A DNA stretch of 64,000 nt from the human T2T-CHM13v2.0 reference genome, Homo sapiens. Both the position numbers and the translations under genes were made by a program. Position 1 is the stretch's first letter. The number at the start of each line of letters is the position of its first letter. The notes under the pieces were generated by a model, which was not told the DNA's origin, searched no databases, and was given only the letters and a program-made list of their open reading frames with translations. The stretch lies in assembly GCF_009914755.1 (NCBI RefSeq), contig NC_060931.1. One strand, written 5' to 3'. This document shows positions 30,921 to 44,612 of the stretch, piece after piece.

Positions 30921-32576
30921 GAAATACAAAACTATATATTTATTTATTTTATGCGCCATACATTAAACAAAGAGGACAACCTTACGGTTCTAATATTATC
31001 TAAATATTCAGGTAAGTGAATATGAACATATCACAGGTCATGAGTTAACAACATGGAGTTCAAAGTGGGAGAAGCATGAACCATAGATATATGCATAAGT
31101 CTGTATACGTGTATGTGTTGTATATTTTTCTAGGATAGGTTCTATAACTTGTCATCACATGTGTATGACTGCAAAAGGCTTTTTTGTTTTAAAATGCCAA
31201 AGGTGCATTTTCAATTAAAAAAAATTGAAAAATAGATTAAATAATTATTACATATAATTTTACATCATACTAGATTCTTTCATCTCTCTGATAAATCAGA
31301 AGGCTCCTAGGTCTTATGAAGTAACAATGAGTGATTAATTACTCAGTAATTAATACATTAATATCAATATGTGTATCAATAATACATAGTTGACATTTTC
31401 AACTATGTCAATTCCGGATATGTGGAAGTACATTGTTATACTTTTAAAAATTAAAACGCAAAATATATATTCATTTAATGTGCAACCAGTATTGCTAACA
31501 CAAAACCAAAATATTAAAACAATTATGCTACATGACACTACATGTACATGACATGTCCTTCTCAGATGTGAAAATAATCAATATTACATAACAAAAAACA
31601 GCATTCTAGAGTTAGCTGGGATGTTTTTATAGAACAGGAAAAGAAAAAAATGTTAGGGCCCCATATCCTAGCATCCTATCCCAAAATCTAAAAGCAAACA
31701 AAACTGACAGAGGCTCTCAGAATCCAGTGTTTTGGATGCTACTCTGAGAAATTTGATTATACTGCTCAGTAAGTAGCTAAAACAGAAGGTGTCCTTGTAA
31801 GACAGTGAACAGGAAGAGAGAAAGATCTGCTTCTAGAAACACTGTAACATCCAAGACTGCTAAACAAACTACTTTTCTAAAATGAGTTTTAATGGGAGGT
31901 AGGGTAAGAGAAACAAGTAATTTTGGAACAGACCATACCTGAGGTAAGGTAGTGAGCCCACAGGTGATGTACCACATTATGTGGCACAAAAAGGATGAGA
32001 GATCTCTAGCAAATAAAAGAAAGAAGGACTCAAAATTTGAGGAAAGAACAAAAAGAAGGAGAGGCAAACAATGAATATTTTGCCTCTCCCTTCCTCTAAA
32101 TTCAAATATTAGGAGATTAAGCACAAACAAGGTTCCCTCTATTTTTCCTATTTGCTCACGTTGTGAGTAGGAATTATGATATTGATCAAGCAAGGATGAG
32201 CCATACACTATTAACAAGTCTGGAAATGTTTTATGGTCTGAATACATTTGTTTTATTTTGTAAGAGCAGATAATAAAAACAGAGTAAATGTGTCTCAAGT
32301 TTAAAAAATAGCTATTTCTAAAAAACTGAAACACAGCTAAAATTAAATTCCCTTATATGTGTTATCTAGGAAAATATGATGAATGGTATGTGTCCACGGC
32401 AAAAACTGCATACCTAATACTATCTAGCCAGCTCCCAAAGCAAAAGTATAGGTAAGGTTTTCAGAGAAAATTATTGCTATAAAATCTCTAGTCTTAAAGA
32501 AGGCAATGACTTTGTTTTCCTATATGAAAGAAGCACAGTACGTATCATTGATGAGTCATTATCAAAACCAATTTTG

Positions 32577-32887
32577 GGCTTGGTATGGTGGTTCACACCG
32601 GTAATCCCAGCACTTTGGGAGGCTGAGGCAGAAGGACTGCTTGAGACCAGGAGTTTTAGGCCAGCCTGGGCAACAATGCAAGACCTCCATCTCTCCAAAA
32701 AAAAAAAAAAAAAAAAAAGTTTTTTGATTAGTTGGACATGGTGGCACATGCTGCTAGTTCCAGCTACTAGGGAGGCTGAGGTGGGAGGATTGCTTGAGCC
32801 CAGCAGTCGAGGCTGAGGTGAGCTATGATCTCGGCAGTGCACTGCAGCCTAGTCAACAGAGCAAGACCCTGTCTCTCTTAAAAAAAT
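32577..32887 (+). mobile_element. AluJ
   Basis: J-type motifs ggaggattgcttgagcccag, gtgagctatgat, gcaagaccctgtctc; expanded middle A tract. Confidence 0.92.
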
Positions 32888-32888
32888 A

Positions 32889-33238
<350 letters not shown>

Positions 33239-35031
33239 TCAATATATGTTGCTTCTAAAATATGTGAGGAATTCTTTCTCAGTTTTCATCATTAATCTTA
33301 TCAAAACTGAATAGGAATGTTAGTATCTATAGCATTATACGTTCTTTTAACTCTGATAGTTCTGATAGACTCTATGTAAAAATTAAAACTTTACTCCAAA
33401 GGTGAATATGAACTTAGGAATAGAAGCATTTCTACCAGAATAGGATTTCTACCAGAAATAAGATAGCATGCTACAGGTCATATGTAATCTTTATTCAGGA
33501 TAAGAGCAAAGAAAAATTTCTGTCAAGGAGTAAAGATGCCAAATTGCTAATTGCTTCTATCACACTGAATTGAACATTTATAAGATGAATTTTCACGAAA
33601 AATTCTAGCTAATGATATGTAACAGAATACACTTTTTCCATCTACCTAAATGTGAACTGCATAAAGGTAATTTTCCACCACATAACTAGCTATATACATC
33701 TGGATGTTATTTAGATTGTAGCCCTGTATTTGTGAAAAAGTACTGCTTTAGGTAATATTTTAAAAGGCACAGCTGTGGACTGTTCCTGTACATCTATTCT
33801 TGTACTTCTCTGTGGTAATACTAATGAAGGTTATCTTTTCCTGAACACAAATATCAGTGCTATTTCTCTAATATAACTGTAACTGAAGTTACTAGAGAGA
33901 GTTTTAAAACTTTATTGTCTGGCTAGTAGTCAAGACATCTTGCTATGTCTTAAGATTTATTTAAAAGCTTCAACGACCAGGTTCAGATAAAATTGATGAC
34001 ATTCATTTTAATTTAGTATCTTAGAAGAAACAAACATATTATCTTGGTAATAAAAGATGGCTCATTACTAGCCATGAATTTTTTACTACGGGACTGCAGT
34101 GATTGAAGTAAACATATCTGATAGAGATATAAGACACATATGAAAATATAATACATATTCTTGTTCCCCATGGCTTTCATTTTATATGCAAGATTTAATA
34201 ACATTATCATGAGAAAACATGATTTTTCTAATAACAACTGAAAATTAATGTTGTCATCAATGTTTTAACAGAGCTATCATTTTAGTCTATATTATCATAT
34301 TTTAAGTTTTTTTTAAAATGATGTATTTGCAGATCAACTTGTTAAAAAAACTTTTTAAATTATATCTTCTATAGATACATTATTAGCAACAATGTAGCTT
34401 ATTCCTAAGTTTGGTGGGCCAATTAAATTCAACCAGGTAAAACTTCAAATTCGAAGAGGATCATAGTGATTACATCTTTATGGCTAACTCCCAGAAGGGG
34501 CAGCACACGTAACATTTGAAGAAAATTGATGGGGAGAGGAAACTACTAAGGGAAAAGTATGTGAGTTTATGTTGAACAGTATGATGGGGTGGGGAAATGA
34601 AGACTCTGGGAATAAGCTGAAATGAGAATATTTGAAAAATAGGTCTTCAAGCACAAATTTCTCTACTTCAACTTTAATGTTCCCCTTTCCTCTACAACAA
34701 CAGATATTAAAAGGATTTTCCACAAAACATTCTTTGCAGTCTTCAGGCTTAGTATGAGGTTTATTTAAAACTTATCTCCGTATTTAATAGTCTTCGCAAT
34801 GTTCATTTACACACAGACTAGTTTTTTTTACATTATACGTTAATAAAATATGCTGACCACAAGAAAAAGATTTTCCCACATCCACCTGACCAAAGAGTAG
34901 ATTCCTAGTTCATTCCTCAACAATAAAATTTGTATATCTTTATTTTAAAAATGGTTTTGTAATATGAAGTCAATGAGAACATCTTTGTGTTTGCAACATG
35001 ATCACAACTCCTGGCATGCAGGAGATAAAGT

Positions 35032-35202
35032 CTACATTTCATCAACAACATCCATGTTTCACTATTTAACATCTCTGAAATACGGCTCTATCTTAAAATT
35101 GACAGTTAAGCATAGTTTAATTAGCATTTTTCCCTTCTGAATGATACATAAAATGATAAAGCCTTTTACAGATAATGGTGTTTTAGAATAGATGAAATAC
35201 AA
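35032..35202 (+). mobile_element. MER104-like (TcMar-Tc2) MITE
   Basis: atttcatc ... gatgaaatac inverted ends; internal tttaacatctctgaaat and tacataaaatgat. Confidence 0.65.
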
Positions 35203-35449
35203 TAAACAATGTTAAATTTAGTAAAATTAAATTAAACACAGGTGAAGTGTGTGTTTCTGTTCACTTTATTACCTCACAATAAACTGAAATTCATGGCTTT
35301 TGATGTTTTCGTTTACATGTTTGTTAAAACCTTACATTATCATATAGCAATTAATAGGTTATACATTTTTACTTTACTTTTAAAACTATCCAAATATATA
35401 TACACCTCTGTATCAGTTCATATATATGTATATATGTATATAAAATCAT

Positions 35450-35969
35450 GGCCAGGGCCAGTGCCAGGAAACCTTTCCCCTGTTTTATTCCAGAACATTC
35501 AGTTTCAGGTCATACTCTTAAGTCTTTAATCCACATTGAATTGATTTTTTTGTGTAGGATCTAAGGATCCAATTTCTTTGCATGTGGATATACAGTTTTC
35601 CCAGCCCCATTTGGTGAAGAGACTATACTTTCCCCATTATATATTCTTGCACCCTTGTCGAAAATCAGTTGACCATAATAAACGTGTGGGCTTATTTCTA
35701 GGCGCTCTATTCAATTCCATTAATCAGTATGTCTGGCTTCATGGCAGTACCATACTGTCGCAATACTGTTACTTTTTAACGTATTTTGAAATTAGAAAGA
35801 GAGAAGCCTCCAGGTTTGATCTTTCTCAGGATTCTTTTGGCTATTCAGGGTCCTTTGTGTTTCCATATGAATTTGAAGATTGATTTTTATTTTTCTATAG
35901 AAAATGCTACTTGGATTTTGATAGGGAATACATTGAATCTGAGATGACTGAGTAGTATGACCATGTTAA
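35450..35969 (-). mobile_element. L1M ORF2 fragment
   Basis: Antisense ORF2 motifs tgcatgtggatatacagttttcccagc, ttccatatgaattt, ttttgatagggaatacattgaatct. Confidence 0.85.
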
Positions 35970-35971
35970 TA

Positions 35972-38142
35972 AAGGCATAACTCATGTAATTGTACTTTAC
36001 TTTGTTGTACTTTGTAATACTGCAATTTTATAAATTAAAGGTTGTGGCAACTCTGCATTGAGCAAGTCTACTGTCACCATTTTTGCAACAGTATGTGCGT
36101 CTATGTTACATTTTGGTAATCCTCACAATACTTCAGACTTTCCCATTTTCACTGTATCTGTTATGGTGATCTGTGATCAGTGATCTTTGGCATTACTATT
36201 ATAATTGTTTTGGGGTAGCACAAATCACACCCATATAAGACAGTGTACTTAACCAATAAATATGTGTATTCTAACTCCCCCATCAACCTGTCATTCCCCT
36301 CTCCCTCTCCTGAGGCTCCTTATTCTCTGAAACACAACAATATTGAAATTAGATGACTTGATAACCCTATAATGGCCTATAAGTGTTCAAGTGAGAGAGT
36401 CACATGTCTCTCACTTTAAATCAAAAGTTACAAATGATGAAGCTTAGGAAGGCATATATCCAAAGCTGAGATACACTGAAAACTAGGACTCTTGTGCCCA
36501 GTTAGCCAAGTTGTGAATACAAAGAAAAAGCTCCTGAAGGAAATTAAAGGTGCTACTTTAGTGAACACATGAATGAGAAGAAAGTCAAAGAGCCTTATGG
36601 CTGATACACAGAAAATTTTAGTCGTCTGCATAGATGATCAAACCAGTACAACATTCCCTTAAGCCAAAGCCTAAAGTAGAATGAGGCACTAACTCTCTTC
36701 AATTCTTTAAAGGCCAAGAGAGGTGGGAAGGCTAGAGAAGACAAATCTGAAGCTATCACATTGGTTCATGGCATTTCAGAAAAGAAGCCATCTTCATAAG
36801 ATAAAGTACAAGGTGAAACAGCAAGTAGCAAGTGCTGATGAAGAAGATGGAGCAAGTTATCCAGAAGACCTAAGATCATCAACGAAGGTGGCTACACAAA
36901 CCAACACATTTTCAATGTAAACCAAACAGTCTTCTCTTGGAACAAGGTGCCATCTAGGACCTTCACAACTATGGAGAAGTCAATGCCTGCCTTCAAAGCT
37001 TCAAAAAACAGGTTCACTCTCTTGTGAGAGTCTAATGCAGTTGATGACTTTCAGTTGAAGCCAATACTCACTTAGTCTCAAAATCCTAGGGCCTTTCAAA
37101 ATTAGCAAAACCAACTCTGCCTGTGCTCTTTAATGAAACAACAAAGCCTGGATGACATTGCTCACAGCATGGCTTTCTGAATACTTTAAGCCCAACGTTG
37201 AGACGTACTGCTCAGCAAAAAAGATTCTTTTCAAAATATTACTGCTCATTGACAGTGCACCTAGTCACACAAGAGCTCTGATGGAGATGTTCAAGATCAA
37301 TGTTATTTTCATGCCTGCTAATACAATATCCATTCTGCAGCCCACAAATCAAGTAATAATTTTTACTTTTAAGTGTCATTATTTAAAAAAAATACCTTTT
37401 ATAAGGCTATACCCACCATAGATAGCAATCCTTCTGATGGACTGCGGCAAAGTAAATTAAAAACCTAGAAAGTATTTATTCTAGATGACATCAAGAACAT
37501 GCATGATTCATGTGAGGTCAAAATCCAACATCAACAGGGGTTTGGAAAAAGTTAATTCCAACCCTCACAGATGACTTTGAGGGGTTCAAGACTTTGGTGG
37601 AATTAAGTCACTGCAGATGTGGTGGAAACAGTAAGAAAACTAGAATTATAAATGGAGCCTGAAATTGTGACTGAATTGGTGCAATCTCATAATAAAACTT
37701 CAACAGATGAAGAGTTGCTTCTTATGGATGAGGAAAGATAGTTTCTTAAGAAGTAATCTACTCCTGGTAAAGGTGTTATGAATATTTTTGATATGACAAC
37801 AAAAGACTTAGAATATTCCATAAACTTAGTTGATAATGCAGCAGCAGGGTTGACAAGGACTAAAATTTTGAAATAAGTTCTACTGTGAATAAAATACTAT
37901 CAAACAGCATCTCATGTTACAAAGAAATCTTTTGTAAAAGGAAGAGTCAATTGATATGAGAAACTTCAGTATTGTCTTATTTTAATAAACTGTCACAGCT
38001 ACACCAGTCTTCAGAAAACTCCATCCTGACCAATCAACCTATCATCTCCACCAGCAAAACGATGATAACTCGCTGAAGGCTCAACTTATCCTTAGCATTT
38101 TTTAGCAATACTGTATTTATCATCAAGGTGCATACATTTTTT
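35972..38142 (+). mobile_element. Tigger1 DNA transposon, near full length, right terminus missing; transposase pseudogene
   Basis: TA then (c/a)aggcata left end; peptides WFMAFQKRSHLHKIK...ASADE and [27 protein letters not shown] (pogo/CENP-B DDE family). Confidence 0.95.
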
Positions 38143-38191
38143 AATGTAAACTAGTACAAACACTATAAAAAACAGCATGGAGTTTCCTTAA

Positions 38192-39455
38192 TTGCTCAAG
38201 AGTGTATTGTTTAATATCCACACATCTAAATTTTATAATTTTCCTCCTGCTATTGATTTCTAGTTTGATTTTATTGAAGTCAGAAAAGATCTTGCTATTT
38301 TAAATTTATTCACTTGTTTTGTGACCTAACGAGTTATGTATACTGGAGAATGTTCCATGTGCACTTAAGAAAAATGTATACTCTGTTGTAGCTGGGTAGA
38401 ATATTCTGCATATGTCTGATACGTCTGTTAGGTCCATTTGGTCTACAGTGTTGTTCAAGTTTTCTGTTTCCTTATTGATCTCTGTCTGGATGGTCTCCCC
38501 CATTATTGGAAGTGGTGAAATGAAACCTCCTACTATAATTGTGTTGCTGTCTATTTCTCCCTTCACTTCTGAAATGTCTGCTTCATGGATTAAGCGCTCT
38601 GATGTTAGCAGCATACATAATTGTTATATTTTCTTGGTGAATTAACCCTTTTATCATTATGTGATATCCAAAAACTGCCTGTTGTGACAGTTTTTGACTT
38701 AAAGTCTCTTTTGTCTGATATAAGTATGGCCACTTCTCCTCTTTTGGTTACCATTGGCAAGAAGTATCTTTCTCCATTCCTTCACTTTCATTTAGCCTAT
38801 GTGTGTCCTTAAATCTAAGGTGAGTTTTTGTAGACAGCATATAGTTGTATCTCGTTTTTTTTAATGCACTCAGCTACTCTATGATTTTTTATTAGGTAAT
38901 TTAATTCATTTATAATAATAGTAGTTATTCATTAGGAAGGTCTTACGATTGCCATTTAATTCACTGTTTTCTATCTGTCTTGTGACACTCAATTCCCTAT
39001 TTTCTTCTCTTGCTATCTTCCTTTGTGTTTCATTATTTTGTAATGACATGCTTTGATTCCCTTCTCATTTTCTTTTGTGTATCTTTTATAGGTATTTTCT
39101 TTGTGGTTACCATGGGGTTTACATAAAGTACCTTATATTTATAGCAATCTACTTTAACCTGACAATTTAACTTTAATTGCATACAAAAACTCTACACTTT
39201 TACTTCTACCCCCCACCACACTTCATGTTACTGACGTCATAATTTGCATCTTTTTATACTATGTATCCATTAACATATTTCTATAGTTATAGCTTTTATA
39301 TATTTGCCTTTCAACTTCTATAACAGAATTAAACGTGATTTATGCATCAATGTTACAGAATTGCAGTATTCTGCATTTGTTTATATATTTACCTTTTCCA
39401 GTGAATTTTATATTTTCATATGGTTTCACGTTGCTGTTTGGCATCCTTTGCTTCA
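38192..39455 (-). mobile_element. L1M ORF2 endonuclease / ORF1 end
   Basis: ORF 38306..38614 KGEIDSNTIIVGGF.SPL..M...INKETENLNNTVDQMDLTD..RIFYP..EYTFF.SAHGTFS.I is the L1 APE endonuclease. Confidence 0.9.
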
Positions 39456-39661
39456 TTCTTTGTCCTTACTGTCTTTAACTAGACTCTAGAATCTAAAGAT
39501 CACGTTTATTTTACAAATTAAACTAGCCAAAGAATATGCATCAGTGTTGTTTGGCAATTATAGGTCAGAACTGAGCTTCTATTCTAGGACTTAGGGTACA
39601 GATGGAACCGTGTTCCTAAATCAATAATGCATTTCCACTCCAAAAAACTCCACCAGTTTTA

Positions 39662-39784
<123 letters not shown>

Positions 39785-40073
39785 CTAAAGAAAGAGAAGA
39801 CAGTGAATACATTTATACAAAGTATTTACATTGTAGAATCATGTTATAATCATATTAGCAGCAAATCCATGTAACTATTTTATCCTTTTAAGTGTCTAAA
39901 AGAAGTTATAACCTGAAATAAGGCAATGCACACAGCTTAGCTTATCCAACTAGTTTTCCTTAGAACTTTGTTTATAAATGGTACAATTTGCACACTAGCT
40001 CATAAAGGCATAACCTATAATCTAATTAAAACATTATACTTCTTCAATAAAAACATAGCAAACAGCATATACA

Positions 40074-40222
40074 TATAGTCCCTGACTTATGATGGTTCAA
40101 CTTACAATCTTCTGACTTTAGAATGGGTCTATTAGGCAATTTAATGCATTTTGTATTTATAAAATTTTTGACTTATGATGGGTACACTGGATGTAACTTC
40201 ATTGTAAATCAAGGAGCATCTG
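40074..40222 (-). mobile_element. MER47/Tigger5-type MITE
   Basis: tagtccctgacttatgatgg ... ttgtaaatcaaggagcatctg-TA inverted termini. Confidence 0.7.
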
Positions 40223-40775
40223 TAGTGAAAAACAGCAATACATGTCAAAACTGAAGCAATAACACAAAACAAGAAAATACTTTTTTTTAAATATGTACAT
40301 CTTCAATGTAAAAGGTCTAAGAAAAGAGAGTTTTATTAAAGGTAAATGACTAGGCATAAAGAGATATTTTTAGAAGCCCTGAAAATGCAACTAGAACACT
40401 AGTCTTAACAATACAAGTTACATCTCTTGTAAGTTTAGAAAACTTTTTTTTTAAGGACACTCTCAAGGAATCTTTTAGTAATTAAATCATCCTAGCTATC
40501 TTTAAGTTAGTATATCCCTAGCTTATTTGGTCAAGAAACTGTAGCTGGGGGACAATAAATCAAACTGTTAACAGAGAGCAAATTCTAAAAAATGCAATTT
40601 AAGAGATTTTGGTTCTATTTTTTAACTAATATCTCTTTGAAACTTGTGGTACAATTTCTCTCTTCCCCTTACCCCCATGCTATTATAGAGATTTTCCATA
40701 GGCCTAAATTTTGACTCATAACTCAAGCCAGGTTTTGAGTCATAAATGGTATAAAAAGATTTAAAATGCTAATAA

Positions 40776-41368
40776 TGAAACCCTACCCCAAAGAATTAAA
40801 ACTAACAATTCCTAAATTCTTGGGCTTACAGTATAGTAGATAAGAAATGAAAACTTATTGAGAAGTTGAAATCAGCAACTAACACAAATTCTTGAGCTTG
40901 CAGAATATCAGATAAGAAAAGAAACAACTTGCTGAGATACTACTGAAACTCCTACTGATTTTGAGAGCAGGAAAAAACTATCTGAAATCAGTTGAAACCA
41001 AGATGGCTGACTGGAATTTGAGAACGAGTCTGCTGATATCACAGTATGAATTTCCATCACATTCATCATACTAACTCCACCTGAATTTGCACATGCAACC
41101 CATGCATTAATGTGAAGAAATAACTATGCTTGCCCAAGGACTTTCCAAACTTCCCCTTTCATCCAACTAATGACTTACTAATCCCAGTATCTACTCTTTA
41201 AAACTTTTCTAATAAAATTACTGCCTTAAAGACAGCGCAGGGAGACATATTTGAGCTCAGCTCGTGTCTCCTTAGGTGTTGACTTTCAGCTTTTCTTTTC
41301 TCAAAAATTTGATTTCACAGTATTGGCTTATAACACATCAGGTAGCGAGCTCCTTTTGTTCTATAATA
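40776..41368 (+). mobile_element. ERV1 solo LTR, MER67 family
   Basis: Begins tgaaaccctaccccaaagaattaaa; internal gaatttgcacatgcaacccatg and gcccaaggactttcca; 4-bp TSD ATAA at 40772 and 41369. Confidence 0.78.
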
Positions 41369-42494
41369 ATAAGAGAACCAAAAGATAATTTTTTGAAATA
41401 ACTGTGAATAAGTTGGGAAAGAAAAGGGAAAGTGGTTTACAAGGACATGTTTGCATATTAACAGTGATACTAAATAAAGCCTTAAAGGGCTTTGTATAAG
41501 TGATCCCAACATCAAATGGAAATAAGGATACCTATCACTCTGAGAGTTAAAATTTTAAAACTCAAATTAAAAAATTAGTTTTTCCAAGGAGGCTTCTCAG
41601 TTTAAACAAGAGTAGAATTTGCTAATCTAATCAAACTTCAATATAAAGAAAGCTAGCTCATCAATGATTAAAAAAAGAATGATGGAATAATGGAATGGAA
41701 AGAGAAATAATGGAAGAGAAGCATACTGAACAGTAGGGAGAAAACATGTGCTTAGCTTACACTCAATATTCTATCTTAACATCTCATGGAGAGATGAATG
41801 GGAAAGGCCAGCAAAACTCAATGACACTAACCATTATAATCAACCAAGTAACCGCCATTTGTTAATTCATTACCAATAAACAACTTCTTGTTTGGCTTTC
41901 CATGCAAATCAGCAAGTATTTATGTGTACAACAGCTAAGATATAAACCTCATTATAAATTCATAAATTGATATTTTTTGCTTCTTAATCATTCTCTAATG
42001 AGTTGGGTTAATATTCTTACAAGTTTGGTTAATGTACCATTGAGTAAGCTCACACTTCAACAAGGTAATTAAATTTACATGATTCCCAATAAGCCCTATC
42101 TTAGTAGCCAATTTGCCTCCCTTGCTGACACAATAAAGTATTGTATTCCATAAAAAAGGACTGTAGAGGGACATCCAAATCAGTGTGAACAAATGTGTTA
42201 GCGGGAGAAATAGTGTAGTTAGTAGGAGAATGGTAAGCAAAGGCTTTCTGAAGGTGGCAACAAAATCTAAATTTTGAAGGACAAGTAACAAGGAGAAATG
42301 ATAGCATATACTAGCATTATGTAATCAGGGATCTGAAAATAGTTTCACACTGCTGGTGCAAAAGGCACATGGCTAATATCTAAAGCAACAGGCATATAAT
42401 ATTTATGACATCCTAACAACTCCTAGGTTAATAAAACTAGCACTTACAAAAATACTTGTTGAGGGTTTTTATTGCTCACTAAATAATCTAGAAC

Positions 42495-42642
42495 AGTACT
42501 ATCCAAGATAATCTTCTATGATAATGAAAATATTCTATATCAATATTGTGGCTACTCAGGAATTTAAATATGACTAGTGCAAATCATGAACTGAATTTTT
42601 AAAAGCCACACACAGCTAGTTGCTCATTATCGCACAGCACAG
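42495..42642 (+). mobile_element. MER3-like hAT-Charlie MITE
   Basis: cagtactatccaa...atgataatgaaaatattctatat...gaactgaatttt...agccacac..gctagt..gcacagcacag. Confidence 0.65.
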
Positions 42643-42927
42643 GCATATGTCCATGAGAAAACCATCGGCTCATGATATACTAAAGATAACTTGATAGCAT
42701 TATCATTAAGTACATCACTTGATCCACATTTCACACAGACATGAACAATTTTTTTTTTTGACTGCTTAAGGGGCAGCCCATTATGGAATCAATCAGTCAG
42801 GAAAATGTGAGCCCTGGTTAAATGAGATGCAATTTACAGCATATGCAGAAAGTTAACTAGCGGACAAAAATCAAGCACAGCAGACAATAAAAGCCTGAAG
42901 AGAGAAAGACACCTAGCAGCATAATTC

Positions 42928-43365
42928 GATTCATTCATTCCTTTATTTATTTCTGTCCTTCCTTCATTCATTCATTGATGGGCTATGTACTATACGGGGC
43001 ACTAAAAATAAGTGTGAACAAAACACAAATAGACCCTGCACCAATGGAAGAACAAACCATAAAAGCGGAGAGATGTCTTAGAATTGTCTTAGAAGGTCTA
43101 TTTGAAAAGATATTTAAAGAAAGAACTAATTAAATGAAGTACAGAAGTTGGGAATGAGATAAGCAACAGTGTTCCAAGCAGAGAAAACACATTCAGTATA
43201 TTTGAAAATCCAGGAGGTTTGGATGGCTGGAGTGTACTGGTCAAAGGTAATGACAAGATTAGGTTGAATAAAAATATAGGGGATAGTTTATATTGGGCCT
43301 TCAGATCACATAAGTGGGCTAGTAAAGCTTTTAAATCCTGAAGACAATACAAGATCAAATGATTA
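42928..43365 (-). mobile_element. L2 fragment
   Basis: (TTCA)n tail followed by antisense L2 motifs gtgaacaaaacaca, gttccaagcagagaaaac, ggctggagtg. Confidence 0.65.
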
Positions 43366-44568
43366 CCCTGAGTCACTTGAAAAGCAAACTTTCTACCACT
43401 GAAAAACAAATACTCTATTTTCTAAATTCTAAAAACACCCTGGTCCTCATAGACTACACTTTTAATACTATATTCTCAAAAAAATACACTTTTTCAGGAA
43501 AACAAGAAACTCAAAAACAGTAACTCCGTTTTCTTGATATCAACTGCAAGATCCATGCTCAGTTTAAAAATGTAGAAATGTAAAAACAAGCATCTTTTGA
43601 TGAGTCAGGAAAATAAAGTCAAATAGATCTATGCTTGATTTAACTTACAATACCTAGGCTTTGTGAAAAAATATTTTTGCAAAGTTCAGAGGCTTTTTCA
43701 TTTATTCCCGCCTTATTTACAGGTTCGCAGATATATCAAATATTTTAAATTAAACAATTTATAACAATTTTGGGAAATACTAATACCAGAGCTAACTCAC
43801 ATTTTTCAAAAAGTACATCAGTTCTTTTATTGGTAACAGTTCCCCCAAAAATATTAATTATACTAATACTCAGAATTTAGTAACTGTGTCCTACAGTCAT
43901 TGTCAACCAGAAACAGTTCCTGAATTCTGTCCATTTGAAACTAAAGGTTCAAAAACATAAGTAGAACATAAACATCATATTAAACTATACCAATAAATTA
44001 TTAACACCTTCTTTCCAGTTTCACTCGGCTACAAGTAGACTATCTGTAAAAATGGGAATGGGCATCTTCCTATTGCTATAAGGAAGCTATAGCTATATCT
44101 ATGCTATAAAATAGTGGGGAAAATGGTTAAAAAGAAATGTATCATAAGTATAAGAAAACTACTTAAAATTATATAATTTGTTCAATTATATAATTCAGCA
44201 CATAATTGTCTGGTTAAATACAAGCTAATGTAAAAAGAAATGAATTTGCCTATGGTTTATAACAAAAATTTAAGGATCTTCATACAGTAAAAACTTATTT
44301 TATTTTTCTTGTGTATGTATAGCTTACACAAAATATCAGCAGATATTCCAGACAACAGAATATTCAGATATTGATTACTAGGTAAAATATATAACTCTAA
44401 TATAACATTATCAGCTATAAAAAAGTAAAGATTATGTTTTTCCAGTGTATTGATAATATATCAATATCAGACTACAAAGTGGACTGAATATACATACACA
44501 TGTATCTATGTGTGTGGCATATACAGGTATAGGTGTAATACTCTAAATTAAACTGAATATCATCTTAC

Positions 44569-44577
44569 CAAAGACAT
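44569..44577 (-). CDS. POT1: POT1 start codon, coding part of exon 5 (M1-S2-L3)
   Basis: ATG TCT TTG|gtaaga joins in frame to GTT CCA of exon 6, giving MSLVPAT. Confidence 0.96.
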
Positions 44578-44597
44578 TGATTCTGTAGAAAAATCTC

Positions 44598-44612
44598 TTA
44601 AAGATTTGACAT
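44598..44612 (-). promoter_or_regulatory. uORF2 in POT1 5'UTR (MSNL*; MFMSNL* with the AUG formed at the exon 4/5 junction)
   Basis: ATG TCA AAT CTT TAA ends 20 nt before the main ATG. Confidence 0.55.

Noticed and set aside
31777-32334. 185-aa minus-strand ORF, the longest in the track
   Set aside because: Non-ATG start, F/L/S/I-rich composition expected from the reverse of an A-rich strand, no recognisable domain.
32477-32842. ORFs overlapping Alus (also 14841, 25070, 25690, 61349, 61456)
   Set aside because: Typical Alu-derived translations (e.g. [19 protein letters not shown]); not genes.
36380-37900. Domesticated Tigger1 transposase (TIGD-like gene)
   Set aside because: The reading frame is fragmented into pieces under 90 aa.
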